A stretch of 32,000 nt of DNA from Wolbachia endosymbiont of Cimex lectularius (lineage in GTDB: Bacteria > Pseudomonadota > Alphaproteobacteria > Rickettsiales > Anaplasmataceae). A program made the position numbers and the translations under genes. Below the pieces are notes generated by a model. It did no database searches, had not been told where the DNA came from, and saw nothing but the letters and a program-made list of their open reading frames with translations. Where the stretch lies: positions 660,001 through 692,000 of the forward strand of contig NZ_AP013028.1 of NCBI RefSeq assembly GCF_000829315.1, given 5' to 3'. Of this stretch, positions 25,683-32,000 are shown in pieces (the first letter of the stretch is position 1; every line of letters starts with the position of its first letter).

Positions 25683-26879
25683 AGGCATTTTGATAGAGAA
25701 AAGATAAAATTTGAAATAAATGAAGAAGAAGCAAAAATAGTAAGGCAAATATTCGTGTGGATAGGACAAGAAAGAGTAAGTATAAGGGAAGTTATACGTA
25801 GACTAAGAGATAGGTCAATTAGAACGAGGAGTGGAAAAAAGGTTTGGCGTCCAATAGTAATTTGGAAGATGTTAAGAAATCCAGCGTATATGGGACAAGC
25901 AGCGTTTGGTAAATTAAAAAGGGTAAAAAGAAGAAGAAAAAATAAACAAAAGGTTTCTATCTATCGTGCAGATAAAGATAGTTGGATTTATATACCAGTA
26001 CCAAAGATAGTTGATGAAGGATTATTTAATAAGGTACAAAAGCAACTGGATGAAAATAGAAAAAGAGCAAGAATGCAGAGAAGGAAAGAGGTAAATTTAC
26101 TGCAAAGTCTAGTTGTATGTAAAAACTGTGGATATGCTTATGGCGGCGTGCACCATAGGGATGGGAAAAAAACGTATAGCTATTATCGCTGTAGTAGTAC
26201 CTCACATATTACTGATGGTGAGGAAAAATGTAACAATAAATTGGTTCGTAGAGAGATGTTAGAGACAGCAGTATGGGAAAAGGTAAAAGATTTGCTAAAA
26301 AACCCAGAGATGATAAAAAAGGAGTACCAACGCAGAATTTCAGAAAATAAAAGTGATGAACCATTAGGTAAAAAGCTTGCAAGAAGAGAAGAACAAATAA
26401 AAGAAGGTATAAAAGAATTAATGAAAGATTATTATAGTAAAGGAAACGCAGGTGAGAAACGATATATAAGTAAGGAAGTACTTGAACAGACAATCAGAGT
26501 ATTGAATGAAAGTTTAAAAGAAATAGAAGAAGAGAAAAAGAAGGTGACTAATCAAAGGGCAGTAAAAACGGGAATAAACCGTATTATAAGTAGCATAAAG
26601 AATTTTTATTCTAGTATGAAATCGAACTTGGAACAGCTAGATTGGGGAACTAAACGTGGTATTATTAAAGCACTGATAGGACGAATAGACATAGGCCGTG
26701 ACCAGGTGGAAATAAGATTTCAGATCGAAGAACCAGCGGAGGATGGGAAGATTTTTAATTTGTATCATTGTACTACATACCATAATAATGGGGCTGGTGA
26801 GATTTGTCAAGTAGTTTTTTTGTTTCTATTGGATGACATTATAGCTTTTTTCCACTGCCGTCTTTCGTCCTTTGTGTAG
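25683..26879 (+). pseudogene. large serine recombinase lacking its N-terminal catalytic (resolvase) domain; phage-WO/island-type integrase remnant
   Basis: The frame is open from the IS boundary (RHFDREKIKFEINEEEAKIVRQIFVWIGQERVSIREV...). It has the recombinase domain, a zinc ribbon (CKNCGYAYGG...YYRCSS) and a long coiled coil. The last 25 or so codons run into an E-repeat promoter module. Confidence 0.75.
26791..26860 (-). repeat. E-repeat copy 7 (promoter and upstream module only)
   Basis: On the minus strand: TTGACA (26805-26810), 17 nt, TATTAT. The upstream module CAAGTAGTTTTTTTGTTTCTATTGGATGACATTATAGCTTTTTTCCACTG is nearly identical to 16646-16697. Confidence 0.55.
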
Positions 26880-26940
26880 AGGAAATCAGTATGAGTATGG
26901 CCTACTAACGCTTATATTTCTGTAAAGCAAAAAATTTTAG

Positions 26941-27017
26941 TGGGGCGAGCGACCAGGATCGAACTGGCGACATTCAGTACCACAAACTGACGCTCTACCA
27001 ACTGAGCTACGCCCGCC
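26941..27017 (-). tRNA. tRNA-His (anticodon GTG) with encoded G-1 and CCA
   Basis: 77-nt cloverleaf. An extra 5' G sits opposite C73. The acceptor is GCGGGCG/CGCTCGC, the anticodon loop is TTGTGGT and the T loop is TTCGATC. Confidence 0.9.
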
Positions 27018-27134
27018 AAAGTATAAAATTTCTAACATACCAGCGCAAAAAGTCAATTGACTATTTAAGTAAATTCTTTTACTTCAAATTGTATTATAGT
27101 TATATGTAAAATCGTGGGGTTTCTAAGAACCTGT

Positions 27135-27491
27135 TTAAAATCTTCGTAACAGGAGAGAAATGAAGGAGAGGACTATCATCTGTAAGCTAGTGTTGAGCTT
27201 CCGCTCGCAATTTTTCCACAATCGCCTGCACTTTTCTAACCAGGCAAAAGAGCGTTCAACAACCCATCTTTTTGGCAATACGACGAAAGTGTGTAACTCA
27301 CTTCGCTTTATTACTTCAACAGTCGCACCAATGATAGCTTTTATTTGTGTTGCAAAATTTTCTCCTGTGTAGCCAGCATCAACCAGTATGTTTTTAACTT
27401 CAGAGAGGTTTGCTTTAGCATTTTCGACCATTTTCACAGCACTGCTACGGTCAGTTGCTTCTGCCGTTGTTACATAAATTGCATGTGGCAA
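27135..27491 (-). CDS. IS transposase DDE part (called from an internal Met, A10 variant)
   Basis: The 118-aa translation is identical to that of copy 2. Confidence 0.75.
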   Translation of the reverse strand: MPHAIYVTTAEATDRSSAVKMVENAKANLSEVKNILVDAGYTGENFATQIKAIIGATVEVIKRSELHTFVVLPKRWVVERSFAWLEKCRRLWKNCERKLNTSLQMIVLSFISLLLRRF

Positions 27492-27611
27492 ACCTTGTGT
27501 ATCAACTGCAATATGGCGCTTTATCCCTGAAATCTTTTTACCTGCATCATAGCCTTTTTTTTTTCAGCAGTATCTGCGTTTTTAACGCTTTGAGAATCAA
27601 TTATACAAAAG

Positions 27612-27932
27612 CTAGTTTTCTCTTTCCGACCATTGCTGATACGGACCTCTCCAACTAATTTTTTTTAAGACTAATTCCAACAAGCTTGGCTCTTCTCCAT
27701 TCTTTTTACTCCACACTCGAAAATAGTAATATACGCTTTCCCATCTTGGAAAACCCTTTGGTAACATCCTCCACTGACAACCACTTTTTAAGACGTACAA
27801 CACCCCACAAAATACGTCATACAAATCAAGTTTTCTTGGTTTTGTTTTCTGCTTGCTACTCTCCAAAATTGGCCTGATTTTTTCAAACTGCTCTTGACTT
27901 ATATTACTTGGATAACTTTTCTGCATAGACAC
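27612..27932 (-). CDS. IS transposase OrfA
   Basis: The 106-aa translation is identical to the other copies. Confidence 0.85.
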   Translation of the reverse strand: MSMQKSYPSNISQEQFEKIRPILESSKQKTKPRKLDLYDVFCGVLYVLKSGCQWRMLPKGFPRWESVYYYFRVWSKKNGEEPSLLELVLKKISWRGPYQQWSEREN

Positions 27933-28066
27933 CTCATTATTAATCTATGCTTACTTTACCTCACATTTCCAAGATTTTAAACAGGTTCTAAGATGTACAG
28001 CCCCACAATTCCTCCTTTGATGGTGTTTTTTCTCAAACTTTATCATACTTTCTGGGACCAAACTCT

Positions 28067-29410
28067 CTACTTTCTGCTTAGCATATCCATCAAATCAGAT
28101 TCTTTGAGTTTGCTGTGGTCGACTTTGCTGAACTTGTTTACCATCGCGCTCATTTGGTTATATTGCTTAACTAAGAGATTAACATCCGGCACACTCGTTC
28201 CAGAACCTTTTGCAATTCTAAGCCTCCTCTTGCCATTTAGAATATCTGAATCTCGCCTTTCCTTTTCAGTCATCGAATTTATGATAGCTATATATTTTTT
28301 CACTTTGCTATCATCTGGCACTCCGCTACTTAGCTTTTTTGTAAACGAGCTTGGGATGAACTTCATTATGTTGCTGATGCCATCCATTTTATTCAGAGTT
28401 TTTAGCATTCCTACTAAATCATTCAGGTCAAATTTACCTTTTTTTACTTTCTTTTGCAGTTTATCGATTTCTTCCTGACCAACGATCTCGGCAGCTCTTT
28501 CAACCAACGAAACAACATCACCCATATCAAGTATCCTTTTTGCGATTCTATCTGGGTAAAAGTCATCGAGATCACTTAGCTTTTCACCACAAGCAATAAA
28601 TTTAATTGGGCAATTAGTTGTCATTTTCATAGAGAGGGCAGCACCACCACGTGCATCGCCATCAATACGAGTGAGAACAATGCCAGTCACGCCTATTGCT
28701 TCATTGAATGATTTGGCGATGTTCACTGCGTCTTGGCCGATCATCGCATCGGCTACTAAAATCACTTCTGCAGGTGAAGCTATTTCTTTCACAGCCTTCA
28801 ACTCATTCATCATATTTTCGTCGATATGAAGCCTACCCGCGGTATCTAGTATTAATACATCACAGTTATCGTTCTTTGCTGCTGCCAGTGCCCTTTTTGT
28901 AATTGCAATAGGCTTTTCATCTATCGCTATAGGTAAGGTTTGTACGTCTATTTGTTTACCGAGCACCTCAAGCTGTTTCTGGGCAGCCGGCCTGTAAATA
29001 TCCAAAGAGGCAAGCATTACTTTTTTCTTCTGTTTTTTTAGCTTTAAAGCAAGTTTCCCCGAAGTGGTTGTTTTACCTGCGCCTTGTAAGCCCACCATCA
29101 TAATTATAGCAGGAGGTTTAACTGCTAGGTTCAATTCACTTTTTTCTGGTCCGAGAATTGCAACTAAATTATCCTGCACAATTTTGATTATCATTTGTGC
29201 TGGAGAAACACTTTTTATGACTTTTTCCCCTATGACCTTATCTTTAATATCATTGATGAATTTTTTTGCAACTTCAAGCGAAACATCAGCTTCAATTAGG
29301 GCTATACGTATTTCACGCATAGCAAGGCTGAAGTCATCTTCGGAAATGATTGACTTTCCCCTGAGCTTGTTGAATACAGAATTTAAACTCTCGGTTAATG
29401 ATTTAAACAT
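28067..29410 (-). CDS. ffh: signal recognition particle protein Ffh
   Basis: 447 aa with N domain, GTPase G domain (GLQGAGKTTTSGKLA, DTAGR, TRIDGDARGG) and Met-rich M domain. Confidence 0.95.
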   Translation of the reverse strand: MFKSLTESLNSVFNKLRGKSIISEDDFSLAMREIRIALIEADVSLEVAKKFINDIKDKVIGEKVIKSVSPAQMIIKIVQDNLVAILGPEKSELNLAVKPPAIIMMVGLQGAGKTTTSGKLALKLKKQKKKVMLASLDIYRPAAQKQLEVLGKQIDVQTLPIAIDEKPIAITKRALAAAKNDNCDVLILDTAGRLHIDENMMNELKAVKEIASPAEVILVADAMIGQDAVNIAKSFNEAIGVTGIVLTRIDGDARGGAALSMKMTTNCPIKFIACGEKLSDLDDFYPDRIAKRILDMGDVVSLVERAAEIVGQEEIDKLQKKVKKGKFDLNDLVGMLKTLNKMDGISNIMKFIPSSFTKKLSSGVPDDSKVKKYIAIINSMTEKERRDSDILNGKRRLRIAKGSGTSVPDVNLLVKQYNQMSAMVNKFSKVDHSKLKESDLMDMLSRK

Positions 29411-30954
29411 AACAGTACCAGTAGAACGCTCATCAAAAAAAGAGAAGAAGCTGAAACGAAACTCACTGAGTTATAACTTAGCACTTCTTTAAGTTTAGTA
29501 GTATTATTAGAGTATAGACTGGTAAGCGAATTAGTCAAGTTTTGCAGCACGCTAGCAGATATCTTTCTCATTTTGAAAGCTAATTTATTGAACAGTGAAA
29601 CAACATAAGGTATGAGAGCTCTGAAAATCCAATCGATATCCATTTTAAAATTTATTCTTGGCAGAAATAACTTGCGTAAGGAGATAAACAACAAGGTAGC
29701 ACATAGTAATGAACTAAATTGCGACCAGATATTTTGTGTGTTGTACGCAAGATTAAAAATCGCAGGTTTGTTGTAAATAGGTAAGTAAGGATTGCCAACA
29801 ATTACGCATATAAATGCTAAAATAATCATGGCTATTCCACTCCCTTCCTCTGCTGAAGGTTTTGACTTGCTTTTGGCAACAAATATGTAGTAAAGAAACT
29901 TAAGTCCCACGCTTAAATAAAGCAATAAATTCAGAATTTTGTGTAAGTTTTCGTACAATTCTAAATCAGTACCATTCATTTTAATTTCAGCTGCAATGTA
30001 TGATTTGCTAATAAATCCAGCAGTCCCAGGAAATGCAGCCATTGTGAGTATTGCGATCAAAGCATACATTCCTTCTACTGACATGAATTTGCTCGCTCTA
30101 TTAAAATTCACCACTTTTGTCCGCAAGATAATCGAGTTGGCAACAGCGATGAGCAATAGTTGATAGGCAATGGAAAAAATTATGTTGAGAGCAAGTAGTG
30201 GTACAGCATTTTCCAAGCGGCTAAGCAGACTCCCTGTCATAATTAATATGCCCATTTGCCCTACAACACTGTAGGCTAAAAACCTACGGATGTTTTGTTC
30301 AAGGGAAGCAAATATAATACCATAAATAGCAGTGATAGTGCCCAGGAATGCTAATATTTCAGAATAATCTTGCCAAAGGTTGTAAGTATGCAGGAGTGCT
30401 ACTAAAAAAGAAATCTTGGTAGTAAATAGGGAAAGATATGACGCACCGTGTAATGATGCAGCAGGATATGTATCAACAACCCAGAATGAAAAAGGAAAAC
30501 AGGCGCAATTTATTAATAGACCTATGATTATTAGATTAGAACTTTGAATTGCTAACCCTGCTGTTAGTACAACCCCGACGAAAAAGTGTACACAAGCGTA
30601 TCTTACTGCAGGGCCATTATCTTTGCTGCCAGCTGCGATAATAAAAGATGCACTGATGGCCATTAATTCACAGAATATCACAGCCAATAATATCTGCTTA
30701 GATAATATTGCACACAATGAACTGATAGTATAAGCAAAAAAGGATAACATTTCCGAAAAGCTTAAATTTTTTGCTGGTAGAACAATTAGAAATGCAGCTG
30801 ATAAAAAAGATATCAATAAGATGCGAAAAGATAAATCAAAATTTAGAACAGGATAAGACCAATTAAATGTGGTATCGAAATTCTCAGGTAAATTTAGTAC
30901 TACAACTACTAATATAGACAGCAGAAATAACAGCGAAAATTTATAAAGTTGCAC
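29395..30954 (-). CDS. proton-conducting membrane transporter subunit (NuoL/M/N - MrpD/MnhD family), probably a cation:proton antiporter subunit D
   Basis: 519-aa polytopic membrane protein. Its composition and spacing are typical of the Proton_antipo_M family. It overlaps ffh by 16 nt. Confidence 0.6.
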   Translation of the reverse strand: MQLYKFSLLFLLSILVVVVLNLPENFDTTFNWSYPVLNFDLSFRILLISFLSAAFLIVLPAKNLSFSEMLSFFAYTISSLCAILSKQILLAVIFCELMAISASFIIAAGSKDNGPAVRYACVHFFVGVVLTAGLAIQSSNLIIIGLLINCACFPFSFWVVDTYPAASLHGASYLSLFTTKISFLVALLHTYNLWQDYSEILAFLGTITAIYGIIFASLEQNIRRFLAYSVVGQMGILIMTGSLLSRLENAVPLLALNIIFSIAYQLLLIAVANSIILRTKVVNFNRASKFMSVEGMYALIAILTMAAFPGTAGFISKSYIAAEIKMNGTDLELYENLHKILNLLLYLSVGLKFLYYIFVAKSKSKPSAEEGSGIAMIILAFICVIVGNPYLPIYNKPAIFNLAYNTQNIWSQFSSLLCATLLFISLRKLFLPRINFKMDIDWIFRALIPYVVSLFNKLAFKMRKISASVLQNLTNSLTSLYSNNTTKLKEVLSYNSVSFVSASSLFLMSVLLVLLCLNH

Positions 30955-31756
30955 GACAATTTAAGTCAATATAGTTTATACTATCTCGATGAATAAATAA
31001 AATCAATTTGCATGTATTAACCACTAATTAAACTGATTATCATGTAATTATATCAGGGTTAGGGGGTTATAGGAAACCGGTCAGATTAGGTTTTTAATCT
31101 AACCTGACCGATAGCTTTAATAGTGAGGTAAGCCTCAATATAACACGCTCAATTTATAGTACTACATTCGTGCATAATCTATTTGAAATTTGTGCACGGG
31201 TGTTAGTAAATTATTTACTTTTTGAAATAAAGCTCAGCATTAATTTTTTACGGTTAGCACAAAATTAGTTATTTCCTTATTTTATATTACCATACTAAAA
31301 TATCTATTATAGCATAAAGTTATTAATAATATTTGTATTTTAGCATATTAGATGAAGGTTCAGTCTGACAGTCTAGTGTCATCCAAGTAGCTGGCTGGCA
31401 TCCAAGAAATTTTGCTTATAAGCGAGCGCGCTAAGTTAGTGAACATAAAAGTAGCAAATCTTGTGTTACGCTGGCTAAGTTTTCCCACTTCATACCGCAG
31501 CAACCGCTAACGCTAGCGGAACAATGGTTTTTTGAATCAGATCTCTTGTATAGCCAATTTATGGTGAGAAAAATACAGATGAGCACCGTAGAATACTTGA
31601 AGTTTGAGGAGCGCAAGCAAGTTTTGACGCAAAATCAAAAAGCAGGTTATGCAAAAGGTTTACTGTTATATAGCTTAATAATTAAATATTTCATTGACTT
31701 ATTAACTATTTTTATGTATTATTATACTATCAGTAGTTTATATCAAAACATCAATA

Positions 31757-31971
31757 ATGAGTAGCTCTACATTAGAAGAAAAGAAAAATCCAGTAGTTAC
31801 ACTAAAAGCTCAGGCAGAGAAGTTTAATTTTAGTATGTTAAGAGCTGATGAAAAGAATACATTAGCGAATTCTGGTGAGACGATGTTCTTAGATTTTTAT
31901 AGAATGAATTTTGTTGTTAACAAAAAAAGTATAGATAGCACTTTAATTTTTGCTTTAACAAAAGGAGCTAA
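31757..31971 (+). CDS. hypothetical ORF whose 3' end is replaced by IS copy 5
   Basis: The ORF runs MSSSTLEEKKNPVV...FALTKGA, then reads into the IS inverted repeat. It has no recognisable family. Confidence 0.3.
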
Positions 31972-32000
31972 GAACCTGTTTAAAATCTTGGAAATGTGAG
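31972..32000 (+). mobile_element. left end of a fifth copy of the IS5-family element (continues beyond the window)
   Basis: GAACCTGTTTAAAATCTTGGAAATGTGAG is identical to 24820-24848. It is preceded by TAA (31969-31971). Confidence 0.8.

Larger units (their letters stand above)
27127..27988 (-). mobile_element. IS5-family insertion sequence copy 4 (862 bp, T10/A10 variant)
   Basis: Same IRs as the other copies. TAA lies on both flanks (27124-27126 and 27989-27991). Confidence 0.9.

Noticed and set aside
19751-27017. Intact prophage WO or a cif (cytoplasmic incompatibility) operon
   Set aside because: Only a 5'-truncated serine recombinase and decayed orphan genes are present. There are no capsid, tail, terminase or portal ORFs. 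None of the ORFs resembles CifA or CifB as far as I can recall their sequences.
27993-29492. Plus-strand ORFs of 161, 64 and 142 aa
   Set aside because: They are antisense to ffh (a very confident call) and have hydrophobic low-complexity translations typical of shadow ORFs.
31431-31764. Two small overlapping ORFs (61 aa minus strand, 72 aa plus strand)
   Set aside because: They lie in an AT-rich intergenic region. They have no recognisable motifs or ribosome-binding context, and they overlap each other on opposite strands.

Overview
AT-rich window that looks like a Wolbachia-type (Rickettsiales) chromosome segment. That placement is from memory of the family: ankyrin and LRR proteins, an ISWpi1-like IS5 element, short GC-rich palindromic elements, and a phage-WO-type serine recombinase remnant. 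The core genes are an FGAM-synthase glutaminase 3' end, gltX, dapD, a MidA-type methyltransferase, nuoF, rnj, tolB, rsmH-ftsL, an MFS transporter, infA-maf, ffh, an Mrp/Nuo-type antiporter subunit, and four tRNAs (Glu, Ala, Lys, His). Mobile and repeated DNA is heavily interleaved with them. There are four complete and one edge-truncated copy of one 861/862-bp IS5-family element, plus a 200-bp tandem copy of its end. There is one MITE-like element with an 18-bp TIR and an 11-bp flanking direct repeat. Short palindromic elements occur, two of them translated in-frame inside housekeeping genes. The accessory segment at about 19.7-27.0 kb holds decayed genes and a 5'-truncated large serine recombinase next to tRNA-His. 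The most interesting signal is a dispersed intergenic repeat family, called E-repeats here, that I cannot assign to a named family. Each copy carries a near-consensus TTGACA-17-TATAAT promoter, conserved hairpins with variable loops, a long-range TTGGCG/CGCCAA pairing and a T-rich tail. Inverted pairs of these repeats bracket the ankyrin gene and the recombinase remnant. I found no CRISPR array, no rRNA, no intact prophage and no recognisable defence or toxin-antitoxin operon.
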